Shown here one piece after another: positions 19,624-28,421 of a stretch of DNA of 64,000 bases; positions within the stretch are counted from its first letter, which is position 1; every line of letters starts with the position of its first letter. Both the position numbers and the translations under genes were made by a program. This DNA comes from Pseudomonadota bacterium. GTDB taxonomy: Archaea; Thermoplasmatota; SW-10-69-26; JACQPN01; JAJPHT01. The DNA lies in contig JAJPHT010000030.1 in the NCBI GenBank assembly GCA_021325135.1, positions 64,001 through 128,000 of the forward strand, written 5' to 3'. The notes beneath the pieces were generated by a model. That model saw nothing but the letters and a program-made list of their open reading frames with translations, ran no database searches and was not told where the DNA came from.

Positions 19624-20754
19624 CTAGTTGAACGGGGTTGTCACCATGGCGACAACCTGGCCGTGGTCATTGGCCACTCCCATGCCTGCGCTCGTCAGGC
19701 CCAGGATGAGAGGCGCGAGGGGATCGCACCAGGGATACTGGTTGGCGACTATGCCTCCGGGGTTCGTGACGAGGTGGAGCGGGCTGTTGTCGGCGCTGAA
19801 GGAGTAGCCGCCGCCAAGGTGGTTTTCGTCGACGGCCGTCTTCACGTACACGGGCTCCAGACTCAGCGCGATGCACGACTGCTGCATGGCGCCGCACCCG
19901 TGCGTGGTTGCCACCGACGATGACCCATCAGGCGCAATGAGCGAGAACTCGTACCGGCTTGAGTACGCGTTGCAGTCAGGGGTGAACGTCGCCGTGAGAA
20001 GCCCGAGAGCGATCCCGCCCGGGTCTTGGCTGGCCGCGATCGTGTGGACGCGGAACCAGTCCTGGTCGGGTCCGAGGGGCGCGCGGTTGGGGAGACCGCC
20101 CTTGATGGCCAAGACGTCCTTCGTGATCGTGTCCGAGGGGAACGCCGAGTAGTCCAGCGCGCTCTGGAACGTGTTCCCGATATCGTACCCACCCGGCTGG
20201 TTGGTCCCCATCCCCGCATCGTTGGGGACGATGCCCGTGTTGAGCGTGTAGGGAGTTCCCGCCGCGCCGGAGGTCACCTTCATCGGGTACCAGGCATCGT
20301 CGCCCACGTTGACGTTCCCCCCGTACGTGATATCGAGAAGGGCACAGTTGGGAGTGGCGTATTGCACCGTGTCCCCGGTCAGAGTGAGCGACTCGGTGCG
20401 CACGAGCCAGACGCTGGACCAGTCGGCAGGATCGGCCTTCCCGCCGACATAGCCGGTGCTGCTGGCGGTTTGCTCGAGGGGCCACTGGATGGCGCCGGCG
20501 CAGTCGTTGTTGGCCGGCTCGTTGACGCACCGATCGACGAGGCCCGTGAGGCTGTCATCGCAGGTCGGCGGAGGGGGTGGGGGAGGCGGATTGCCACCGC
20601 CGCCAAGGCCGCCACCGCCGCCGCCATCGCCCGGGACATCGGCTTCCCCCTCGGGGTTGACGGGGGTGTTGACGGGGTCAGCCATGGCAGGGAGGGTGAT
20701 CGAGCCTGCGAGGGTGAGGATCGCGAGGGCAATCCAGAGGGTTCGAGTTCGCAT
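19624..20754 (-). CDS. Secreted protein with poly-Gly/poly-Pro linker and two PPC-like segments
   Basis: Probable start ATG 20754 (MRTRTLWIALAILTLAGSITLPAMA). GGGGGGLGGGGNPPPPPPPPT linker, then EPANND, DPADW, NDAGMG..YDIGN and DQDWF motifs. Confidence 0.75.
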   Translation of the reverse strand: MRTRTLWIALAILTLAGSITLPAMADPVNTPVNPEGEADVPGDGGGGGGLGGGGNPPPPPPPPTCDDSLTGLVDRCVNEPANNDCAGAIQWPLEQTASSTGYVGGKADPADWSSVWLVRTESLTLTGDTVQYATPNCALLDITYGGNVNVGDDAWYPMKVTSGAAGTPYTLNTGIVPNDAGMGTNQPGGYDIGNTFQSALDYSAFPSDTITKDVLAIKGGLPNRAPLGPDQDWFRVHTIAASQDPGGIALGLLTATFTPDCNAYSSRYEFSLIAPDGSSSVATTHGCGAMQQSCIALSLEPVYVKTAVDENHLGGGYSFSADNSPLHLVTNPGGIVANQYPWCDPLAPLILGLTSAGMGVANDHGQVVAMVTTPFN

Positions 20755-20897
20755 CCGACAGTCTCCGGTGGCTTCTCCTAACACGACTCGTGCCATAAGC
20801 TCGACTGATGGATTGTTGTCAATTCCCTTGGGGGGACGTGGATCTGACGCATGGCTGACGCTGGTGTAGGCGTCGCCATTTCCTGCGAATGGTTGGC

Positions 20898-21176
20898 CTA
20901 CGGTTCTCGCTCCGGGGGCGGAGCTGTAACAATCAGTTTGCGCGCTGCGTTGCGGGCGGTGGAAGGCCGCCCCCAGAGGACGACGCATGGCAAGGCCGAG
21001 GCCAGCCATTCGCTGTGTGTTCGGTGGAGCCGTGGGCGCCAGGTGTGGCCGGGGTCGGCGAGGGTGGAGGTCGTTGCCCAGGGGTCGAGCTGGGTTTGGT
21101 TCTCTGCACGGTCCGCGACGAGCGCGCCCGTGCCGTCGCTGCGGAGGAGAAGTTTCAGTCTCATTCCTTCACGCAT
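20898..21176 (-). CDS. Small hypothetical protein (92 aa)
   Basis: ATG 21176 overlaps the stop of the upstream ORF (ATGCGTGA). Purine-rich RBS-like sequence upstream. Confidence 0.4.
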   Translation of the reverse strand: MREGMRLKLLLRSDGTGALVADRAENQTQLDPWATTSTLADPGHTWRPRLHRTHSEWLASALPCVVLWGRPSTARNAARKLIVTAPPPEREP

Positions 21177-21486
21177 GAGAGGGCTTCCCCCCGGAGGCAT
21201 GGTGGAGCGCGACGAGGGTGGTTTCCAGCTTGGCATGGCAGTGACGCAAGGCTTGGCGCGCCGTGCCTGGCTCATGGCGGATGCCGCGATCCGCGAGGGC
21301 TTGGACGAGGTCGTAGATTTCGGTGCGGGTCAGGAGGAGAGCGAAGAAGGGCGTCTCCGCGTCGTTGCGCGTAACGAGCGCATCGGGGAGTGGGAGGCCG
21401 CGCGTGTGGGCGGTGGCGACGAGTTCGGCGTGCTCGGTCGCGGTCAGAATGACAGGGACACGATCCGGCCTCCGCGCGTCAGGCAT
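21169..21486 (-). CDS. Small hypothetical protein (105 aa, MPDARRPDRVPVILTATEH...)
   Basis: AAAGGAGAG RBS before ATG 21486; overlaps the stop of the upstream ORF (ATGCCTGA); normal codon bias. Confidence 0.55.
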   Translation of the reverse strand: MPDARRPDRVPVILTATEHAELVATAHTRGLPLPDALVTRNDAETPFFALLLTRTEIYDLVQALADRGIRHEPGTARQALRHCHAKLETTLVALHHASGGKPSHA

Positions 21487-21850
21487 GGGCTCTCCTTTGG
21501 GCTCGTCGTTTAGCTTGGAGGCGCGTTCGGAAGGGTCGGGGGAGGATGGGGGGCTTGGAACGGATGGTCGCTTCTTGGTGGCCGAGGATTTCGAGCAGGC
21601 AGTCGCGGCAGGCCTTGGCGATGGGAAGGCGTTCCTTGGCCCCGAGGGCGCGAGACGGGGCCAGGATGGCACGGCCGCAGACAGCTCGTCCTTGATGGGT
21701 GAGGAGAACGCAGATTCGCCGCGCGTTTTGGTGTTCGATCCACCATGTTCCGGGGGGAAGGCTTATCCTGATTTCGGGTGGTCGCTTGAGGTGAGGCCGT
21801 GGTTGGGCTGCGGCGATGTCGTCCTTCCATAGGGGAGAAAGTCCGACCAT
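21479..21850 (-). CDS. Small basic protein with possible Zn-finger (H...CG...CxxC)
   Basis: THQGRAVCGRAI...KACRDCLL followed by an Arg/Lys-rich tail. Start codon uncertain. Confidence 0.45.
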   Translation of the reverse strand: MVGLSPLWKDDIAAAQPRPHLKRPPEIRISLPPGTWWIEHQNARRICVLLTHQGRAVCGRAILAPSRALGAKERLPIAKACRDCLLEILGHQEATIRSKPPILPRPFRTRLQAKRRAQRRAHA

Positions 21851-21870
21851 GCCGCAACCCAACCAATAGC

Positions 21871-21911
21871 CGACGCGGTCATACGACCGCGTCGTATGGT
21901 TCAAACGTATG
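21871..21911. promoter_or_regulatory. Overlapping palindromes, candidate operator between divergent genes
   Basis: CGACGCGGTC-atac-GACCGCGTCG (21871-21894, perfect 10-bp arms) overlaps CATACGAC-cgc-GTCGTATG (21880-21898). CGTATG/CATACG half-sites begin at 21880, 21893 and 21906. Confidence 0.6.
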
Positions 21912-21977
21912 TCGGTGCTTAATGGTTATGTGCCCGCACCCGATGCTTCAGGTGGCCGTCGTGCCCGGCGAGGGGCG

Positions 21978-22295
21978 GTGTTGGAAGTCTTCCGTGAATA
22001 CCTAAGGACTCAGGGAGTCCAACTCCTTGTCGTCGCTCTGGAAAGCGGTCCCAAGACGTTCCGCCAATTGACGGAAGCGGGCGGCTTCTCCGCCGACTAC
22101 ACCAAGAAAATTCGCGACAAGATGGCCGCCTGGGGGCTTATCAACGTCACCTGGATCAGCGGCACAACCCAGCAGCACGAACTCACCGCCCTCGGGAAGC
22201 GCTTCCTGGCCTACACCTACAAGCAAGCTGAATTGCTGGAAGAAGGCGCACGAACAGCCGCCAAGGCCACGCGAGACGACGAGAAGCCCCTCTAA
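21978..22295 (+). CDS. Small winged helix-turn-helix regulator (HxlR/MarR/ArsR-like)
   Basis: LLVVALESGPKTFRQL...DKMAAWGLI...HELTALGKRF wHTH signature. GTG 21978 has GAGGGG upstream; the ORF track start at 21909 is also possible. Confidence 0.75.
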   Translation: MLEVFREYLRTQGVQLLVVALESGPKTFRQLTEAGGFSADYTKKIRDKMAAWGLINVTWISGTTQQHELTALGKRFLAYTYKQAELLEEGARTAAKATRDDEKPL

Positions 22296-22297
22296 AA

Positions 22298-23905
22298 TTA
22301 CCCTTGCTTCGCGAGGGCCCCGCGAGCCGTGCGCACGATCGCGTCGAAGTCCGGCCGCCCACGCAGCGACTCGAACTCCGGCTCGCCGTTCAACTCACAC
22401 ACATGATCAGGCCGGCCGAGCAGATCCTTCCTCAGGGTTGCAACGGCCCGCTCCAGGTCTCCCACGCGGACGAGCGTGAGGGCCAGTTCAATCTTAGCCA
22501 TCTCGGCACCCGCCAAGTCCGCGAGTTCGAAGGCGTCCAGCGCGGCTTCGAGGTTGCCGAGGCGGCGAAGATGCCGCGCCTTCGACATGCACAAATCGAT
22601 GTCCCTGGGCGCGAACTGCAAACCGGCGTCGGCCCACATGAGGGCCTCTGGCCATTCTCCGAATCCCACAGCCAGATCCATCCGGGCTTTGGCCTCCAGA
22701 GCCGTGTTTGGCGCGAGATTCACAGAGACGCCATCTCGCGATGTGGCGTACTCATCGACGGCGTCCTGTTCTTGGGTGGGAAGTGCTGTCGGTTTCCTTC
22801 GCTTGTAGAGGAGAAGGCCTCCTCCCACCGCGAGACCGGTGGTCACGACTGCGCCTGCGACAACGAGAGGAAGGTTCGTCTGTCTCCATGGCGCCGGGGG
22901 AACGGGCACCCGTTGCAGGGATGTCGCCGTAAGCGGCCCCTGGAGCGTTAGGTGTGACGCTGGACCCGTTGTCTCACTTGGAGAAAACCTCAGATCAAAT
23001 GTGCCTGTGATTTGATCGCGGAAAGTTGAGTTAGACGGAAGGTAGCGTGCTTCGCTAGCCACCAGGAGCCCTTGTTCAGCGGAAAGCGAGATTGTGCCTC
23101 TGACTGTCCCGGTCACGGCGCTTGCCGCAATTCTGACGGGAGCGCCTGATCGGAAGGTGAAAGATGCATTCTCCGCTCTCACCGAAAGCCAGCTCTCAGT
23201 CTGTTCGCCGGCAACACCGCTGGGGTTTTCCTCTCCCGTGTTGTGCTCTTCGGTTCCCGCGCTGGAGGTTGTCGTGGTGACTAGGCCGCGGATCTTCAGG
23301 GTGCCAGAGAAGACGCCCGAGAATTGGCCCGTGCCAGAGAAGACAACGTTCGATCCGTTGAGGTCTTCGGCGAAGAACAGGTTTCCATCCGGATCCCCTG
23401 GAGTAGCGGTTTGCGCGTCCGTGCTTGCAAACCGTGTGTCGTGCTCCGTGTCTACCGTGATCCCGGAGGCGTTTCCTGTCAGGGACATGGTGTCAACATA
23501 CCAGCCGATGTACATCGGCCCAGTCGCGCTGCCTGTGGCGTCGAGGGTGAAGTCTGATTGGACCCCGCACGGGTGGTTCTTGGGCGGGATGGCGACGCTC
23601 GAGTCTGGGATCGGTCCGATACCCTTTGCATGGGCGAAGGTCTCGTTTGTGTAGCAGACGTACGCTGAGGCGACGCTGAGATGGACGGCTGCCCCTTTGC
23701 TGAGGTCAGGCGCCAACATGGCGGAGGGATGGACGAAGGTCGCGTCTGCCAGGTCCGCAAGGTCAACGACGTTGCGAGTCGTGAAGGTCCCGCTGACATT
23801 CTCCAGAGCCGAGGCTTGAGGGGCTATCAACACGAAGAGAACAAGGAATAGAACTGCGCACGCAGAGCTATAGGCTCGCACCCCCCTGGCCTCGGCAACG
23901 CCCAT
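22298..23905 (-). CDS. Single-pass membrane protein: extracellular beta-rich domain, TM helix, cytoplasmic TPR module
   Basis: Signal/anchor AVLFLVLFVLIAPQASA; TM LPLVVAGAVVTTGLAVGGGLLLY followed by KRRK; TPR helices ending L.GEPEFESLRGRPDF.AIV, a TPR-capping motif. Confidence 0.8.
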   Translation of the reverse strand: MGVAEARGVRAYSSACAVLFLVLFVLIAPQASALENVSGTFTTRNVVDLADLADATFVHPSAMLAPDLSKGAAVHLSVASAYVCYTNETFAHAKGIGPIPDSSVAIPPKNHPCGVQSDFTLDATGSATGPMYIGWYVDTMSLTGNASGITVDTEHDTRFASTDAQTATPGDPDGNLFFAEDLNGSNVVFSGTGQFSGVFSGTLKIRGLVTTTTSSAGTEEHNTGEENPSGVAGEQTESWLSVRAENASFTFRSGAPVRIAASAVTGTVRGTISLSAEQGLLVASEARYLPSNSTFRDQITGTFDLRFSPSETTGPASHLTLQGPLTATSLQRVPVPPAPWRQTNLPLVVAGAVVTTGLAVGGGLLLYKRRKPTALPTQEQDAVDEYATSRDGVSVNLAPNTALEAKARMDLAVGFGEWPEALMWADAGLQFAPRDIDLCMSKARHLRRLGNLEAALDAFELADLAGAEMAKIELALTLVRVGDLERAVATLRKDLLGRPDHVCELNGEPEFESLRGRPDFDAIVRTARGALAKQG

Positions 23906-24249
23906 GTTTGCTCGCCCGCGGAAGGGGAAATCAGATAATAAGTCGTCGGCCCCCCATGACACGGCGAGGAATTCACAAGAATTCTCGAACCCAGTCGGCT
24001 GCACGGGAGCGCCTCCGTGACCAACTGCCTAGGCGAGACGCAGATTTCTAATATTGAGTCTTTTCGTCCATCATTGCTTCTATCACACGACAACTCCAAT
24101 CAATCGTGAGAGGTCTTGTCAAGGATGGCCACGACCTTCTCCAATGCGGAGGACAATTTCCTCAGTCCTCCCGATCTTGGACCAGGCTTGACGTGGATGC
24201 TCAGCCAAAGCCATTATGGGTCGCCCGGGAGGTGGCCGCCGTGATTCCG

Positions 24250-24678
24250 ATGAAGGCCCGAGGCATCGTGCTCATCTTCGCTACGATCGCTCTCATCGTC
24301 ACGAGCACGACCACGTCCGCCTTCGGCGATGCTTCCCAACCTACCGCCGCGATCGCCATCTCCCAACCAGGCGGCGCCATCGTCACCTGGGGCCCCGCGC
24401 CTGAAGCCCCCGACTACTACGAGGTCTACGGAATCAACGGCACGTCGTGGCATTCGGTGGATATCGTCCCATCGGATGCTCCGCCCTCAACCGGAATTGT
24501 GCCAGCATTCCCTGAGTACGCGGTCGTGGCAGTTACCAACGGAGTCCCGTCACCGCCGACACTCGCGGTTACGATGGTCGAGAGTTGCCTGCGCGTCGAA
24601 TTGGAGCCGCCTGCCGTGTCATATGGCTGCAACCCCTCCACACCCAGCCGTGCTGAGCTCGAACTGGACCTGCCGTAG
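24250..24678 (+). CDS. Small secreted FN3-like protein
   Basis: MKARGIVLIFATIALIVTSTTTSA signal peptide; IVTWGP..APDYYEVYG...YAVVAVTNGVPSPP. Confidence 0.7.
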   Translation: MKARGIVLIFATIALIVTSTTTSAFGDASQPTAAIAISQPGGAIVTWGPAPEAPDYYEVYGINGTSWHSVDIVPSDAPPSTGIVPAFPEYAVVAVTNGVPSPPTLAVTMVESCLRVELEPPAVSYGCNPSTPSRAELELDLP

Positions 24679-24879
24679 ACACTGATGGGCGTGCGCCGGA
24701 CCCCGGAGTCGCATAGGATGTTGCGACGAAATTGACGATGCAGGCGAAGACGGGCGACGTGCTCGTCACGGTGACGAGGATTTCGGCCCCACCTTGGGAG
24801 ACGGCTGCCTACGACCTCACGGTCAACGTCCTCTAACGCCACGCAAGCCCTTGATCGGGGAAGCCGCGCGCCGCAAGGC

Positions 24880-24938
24880 TTGAATCGAAGGACACCGCTT
24901 AGGTGGATGCGCACACGTATAGGGGCGTGCGCGTCAAC
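24880..24938 (+). promoter_or_regulatory. Regulatory element copy 1 (upstream of wHTH gene)
   Basis: TTGAATCGAAG-N18-GCGCACACGTATAGGGGCGTGCGCGTCAAC; matches the copy at 25702-25760. Confidence 0.6.
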
Positions 24939-25033
24939 TGCGACGGAACGTCGTGCACGCCCCAGGACCGCCTCCAAGCGGTGCCTCAAAGCCTCCTCAT
25001 CCTGGGGCGCTGCACGACCTCCTCGCCGAGGTG

Positions 25034-25705
25034 ATGCCTCGCGACCCTCTCCGCGCCCCTACCATCTTCCCTGCACCACGACGGCCTCCCCCCAGACGCC
25101 CTCGAAAGGTCGTGGTTGGCCTGACCGGCCACCGGCGGAAGGACGAAGGTGAAAGATCACCGCGAGCCAAGCGCACGGCCAGAATCCGGGACGAGTTGCT
25201 GGACATCGTTGCGAAGCGGCCTGGCATTTCACTCACGGCGATCACGCGCGAGATGAACACCGCCTGGAGCGGAGTCTACCACCACCTCCGGGCCTTGGAG
25301 CGCGAGGGCAAGGTGAAGCGCGTCACGCACGGCCGCCGGCGCCTCCTCTATCCTATCAATGCGAACCAGCCAGATCCCGTAGCCGATGGGCTTCTCCATG
25401 GCGCCACCGCTCGCCTGATCGCCCAAGCCATTGCCGAGCACGAGCAACTCGACATCGCCCAACTCGAGATGGTGCTCGACTTGAAGCCACGCGTGGCGTA
25501 CTACCACGTCCGAAAACTACTCGCCGCGGCCCTCATCACCGCTGGATCCACCACAAGGTATCGAGAACTTCGCGCCACGCAACGGCTCCTCCAAGCCCTC
25601 GGGCGACCCGCGCAAGACCCGACCGGCTCACCCCCGCGACCCGATTCGGCGCATGGCCATGGGAATCCCAGTCGAATCGAAAGCCATGAGGCGCGAAAAG
25701 TTTGA
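25034..25705 (+). CDS. Tandem (double) winged-HTH transcriptional regulator
   Basis: IVAKRPGISLTAI...YHHLRALEREGKV...GRRRLLYP and IAQAIAEH...VAYYHVRKLLAAALI. Start uncertain (ATG 25034 or upstream). Confidence 0.85.
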   Translation: MPRDPLRAPTIFPAPRRPPPRRPRKVVVGLTGHRRKDEGERSPRAKRTARIRDELLDIVAKRPGISLTAITREMNTAWSGVYHHLRALEREGKVKRVTHGRRRLLYPINANQPDPVADGLLHGATARLIAQAIAEHEQLDIAQLEMVLDLKPRVAYYHVRKLLAAALITAGSTTRYRELRATQRLLQALGRPAQDPTGSPPRPDSAHGHGNPSRIESHEARKV

Positions 25706-25760
25706 ATCCAAGAACCGTATTGAGAGTTTTGCGCACGTTATAGGGGCGTGCGTTCGCAAC
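25702..25760 (+). promoter_or_regulatory. Regulatory element copy 2 (upstream of the 25866-39393 operon)
   Basis: TTGAATCCAAG-N18-GCGCACGTTATAGGGGCGTGCGTTCGCAAC; 14-bp exact core TATAGGGGCGTGCG shared with copy 1. Confidence 0.6.
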
Positions 25761-25865
25761 CGCGAAGCCATCGCGCACGCCCCGCTCCGCCGCATCAAAC
25801 GGCGGATCCACCCACGCGCCAGTGGGCTTGGGGCTCTGCGTTGACCTCGCGAGAGGTGAACCCGC

Positions 25866-27827
25866 ATGAGCCCCCCGATCCGCACCCTCTCACTCCTCGT
25901 GGCCCTCGTCCTCTCCTTGCCTCTGGGTCACGCTGCAGGCGCCCCCTCGCGCCCCGCGCTGCTCCATGCTCCACCGGCCGGCCTCGCGAGCGTCGAGCCG
26001 CCCCCACTCGCCTGGGCACACGCGAATCCTCGCGATCCCCATACCTACTTCGACGCCACGATGAACCTCCTCAAGCCCGTCTTGCCCGGCATGGCGACGA
26101 GCACCTCCGCCGCACCAAACACGGAGGCCAACCGGGCCGCGCCGTGGCGTTACCCCTTCGCAGCCGGTGATCTGCGCGGCACAGGCGGCCAAGACCTCCT
26201 CGTCTTTGACGTCCTGCTAGACGAGAACTACACGTATCCGGCCACGCGCTTGGAGGCGCTCAGTGGCGCCACGGGTGCCACGCTCTGGACCCTTGCGATG
26301 GATCCGCCCAGTCCGGCGGGCGCCGCGTCGATTCCCGACGTGGATGGGGATGGCGGTCGCGACGTCATCCTGCTCACCTTCACCGTGGACGGCTCGCGCC
26401 CCGACTGCCCCCTCGGCGTCATGGCACCTCCTGATCCCACGGGGACGTTCAACACAGACTGGTACTGCTCCAGCGTGACCACCTACCACTGGACGCTCCA
26501 TGTCCTCAACGGCGCCACCGGCGCGCCCCTCTGGACCCGCACCTGGCAGGGCAAAGAGGGCTACACGACCTTGGGCTTCCCCTACGCGACGAACGCCAGC
26601 GTGGTTGTCGCTCCCCTCGTGCCCACGCAGGGCAGCGCTCCCGAGCTCGTCCTCGACTGGCTCGACGCGGCCGGGGAAGCTGTGCCCGACTATTCGCCCA
26701 CCACCGGCCTCATCACCAACCCCGTCCAAGTCCACGACGACATGCAGGCGAATCTCCTGCGCTTCACCAGCACGGCCCAACTCGTCGTGGGCGCCACCGG
26801 CGCGCCTGTCACGACGCAGGTTCTGCCCCGCAGCACAGCGGAGGCTCTCCTCGTCCCAGGGCCCCTCCTCGGGGGAGGGCAGGGGAGTCTCTTGTGGCTG
26901 AACTTCACCTACCCCCCCGGCGCCCAAGCCTGCGCCAACCTCGCCGAAGGCTCCACACCCCTCACGCCGCGCACCTGCGCGGGAGACGGCGCGAGCGCCA
27001 CGGCCACGCTCCTCGACGCCAGCAACATGGTCCCCCAGTGGAATACGAGCCTGGCTCCAGATGCGGCGTGGGTGGGCACGTTCGGGGACCTCGACGGGGA
27101 TGGCATCTCGGACCTCCTCGTCTTCCGCTTCCCACTGACCGACTCGCCCTCCTGGGAGGCCATCAGCGGCGCGACAGGAGCCCACCTCTGGAGCAGGCCC
27201 ATCGAGGCGTTCTTCCTCATACCAATCGGCAACGTGGATGACGGTCCCGGTCTTGACGTGGTCACCTTCGATACCGCGGCCACAAGCGGCGGGACCATTG
27301 GCCTCAACGTCACGCGCTGGGATGGCGCCACTGGAGCCAGGCTCCTGAGCACGACGCCCACGGCGAGGGCGGGCTGCGACGGCACGGGCTATGCGCTCGA
27401 CGTCGCCCCCGACGCCCTCCACGAGGGCGCTGGCATCGTCCTCGTCAGTTTCATCGCGGATTGCAACGGCACGCATACCAGCACGCTCCATGCCGAATCC
27501 GGCCGCAGCGGCCGCGCCCTCATCCAAGAGGAGAACCAGTCGGGGAGTCGGGTCCTCGTAGGCAACCTCCCAGCCGCGTGCGCTTGCGCGCCAAGCGCCT
27601 ACGAGTATGACTGGGAGCATGGGAGCGGCACGCTGCGCGCGCTCGACCTTGCGACCCAGACCACGCTTTGGACGCGCGCGCCCAGCCCGGGCAGCTACAT
27701 CCTGCCAGACCTCACCGCGGATGGCGCGCCTGACCTGGTTGAGGTCCAATACGACTCCCTCGCCGGGAGCACGCTGGTGGCGTTGAGCGGAGCCACCGGA
27801 ACGCCCGTCTGGACCAGCCCCCCGTGA
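25866..27827 (+). CDS. Secreted FG-GAP/PQQ-like beta-propeller protein
   Basis: GAGGTGA RBS and signal peptide. Repeats DVDGDGGRDVI, GDLDGDGISDLL and DLTADGAPDLV, each paired with ALSGATGxxLW. Confidence 0.85.
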   Translation: MSPPIRTLSLLVALVLSLPLGHAAGAPSRPALLHAPPAGLASVEPPPLAWAHANPRDPHTYFDATMNLLKPVLPGMATSTSAAPNTEANRAAPWRYPFAAGDLRGTGGQDLLVFDVLLDENYTYPATRLEALSGATGATLWTLAMDPPSPAGAASIPDVDGDGGRDVILLTFTVDGSRPDCPLGVMAPPDPTGTFNTDWYCSSVTTYHWTLHVLNGATGAPLWTRTWQGKEGYTTLGFPYATNASVVVAPLVPTQGSAPELVLDWLDAAGEAVPDYSPTTGLITNPVQVHDDMQANLLRFTSTAQLVVGATGAPVTTQVLPRSTAEALLVPGPLLGGGQGSLLWLNFTYPPGAQACANLAEGSTPLTPRTCAGDGASATATLLDASNMVPQWNTSLAPDAAWVGTFGDLDGDGISDLLVFRFPLTDSPSWEAISGATGAHLWSRPIEAFFLIPIGNVDDGPGLDVVTFDTAATSGGTIGLNVTRWDGATGARLLSTTPTARAGCDGTGYALDVAPDALHEGAGIVLVSFIADCNGTHTSTLHAESGRSGRALIQEENQSGSRVLVGNLPAACACAPSAYEYDWEHGSGTLRALDLATQTTLWTRAPSPGSYILPDLTADGAPDLVEVQYDSLAGSTLVALSGATGTPVWTSPP

Positions 27828-27840
27828 GGAGACACAATCC

Positions 27841-28413
27841 ATGTCTCGCGCATTCCTCCCCCTCACGTGCATCCTAGCCCTCGCGGGCCTCCCCGTGTCA
27901 GTCCAAGCGCGCGAAGCAGGCTTCGACACGAGCTGGCAGCAAGCGGGACACGCCTGGACGTTCCTGGGCGTTGAGCAGCCCGGAGGCTTCGCGCGCGGCT
28001 TCGCCCCCGATCCGGACGCCTGGTTCAGCGACCACGCCACCGTCCTGGGCGTGAGTCCCACCCAGATCACGATCCAGTTTGAGGCATGCGCGTCCCTAAC
28101 GGCAGCCACGCCATCCAGCGTCGCGACGGTCACGTACGTGCGCCAGACGCGCCTCGATGCCACGGAGCAGGCCTCGTTCCTCTGGATCAACCCAAGCGAC
28201 GTGGCGATGGGTCACGCCCAACTGGGCGATCACGAGTACGTCCTGCTGATGGCGAACAGCCCCCTGGTGGAGTTCAGCGATGGGCACACGGACTACTGGT
28301 TCGACGCGCACACCGGCCTGCTTCACCACGTCACGGACGAATGGAACGGCGCAGCATCCACTCGAACGCCGGGTCCTTCCGCCTGCCCCAACGCCTCCAT
28401 GGAACACGCCTGA
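27841..28413 (+). CDS. Secreted hypothetical protein
   Basis: GAGGAG RBS; signal peptide MSRAFLPLTCILALAGLPVSVQA; C-terminal YWFDAHTGLL. Confidence 0.75.
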   Translation: MSRAFLPLTCILALAGLPVSVQAREAGFDTSWQQAGHAWTFLGVEQPGGFARGFAPDPDAWFSDHATVLGVSPTQITIQFEACASLTAATPSSVATVTYVRQTRLDATEQASFLWINPSDVAMGHAQLGDHEYVLLMANSPLVEFSDGHTDYWFDAHTGLLHHVTDEWNGAASTRTPGPSACPNASMEHA

Positions 28414-28421
28414 GGGACACG

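Noticed and set aside
20898-24200. Complete integrated provirus or IS element
   Set aside because: No integrase, transposase, capsid gene, terminal repeats or tRNA att site is visible. It is reported only as a possible remnant.
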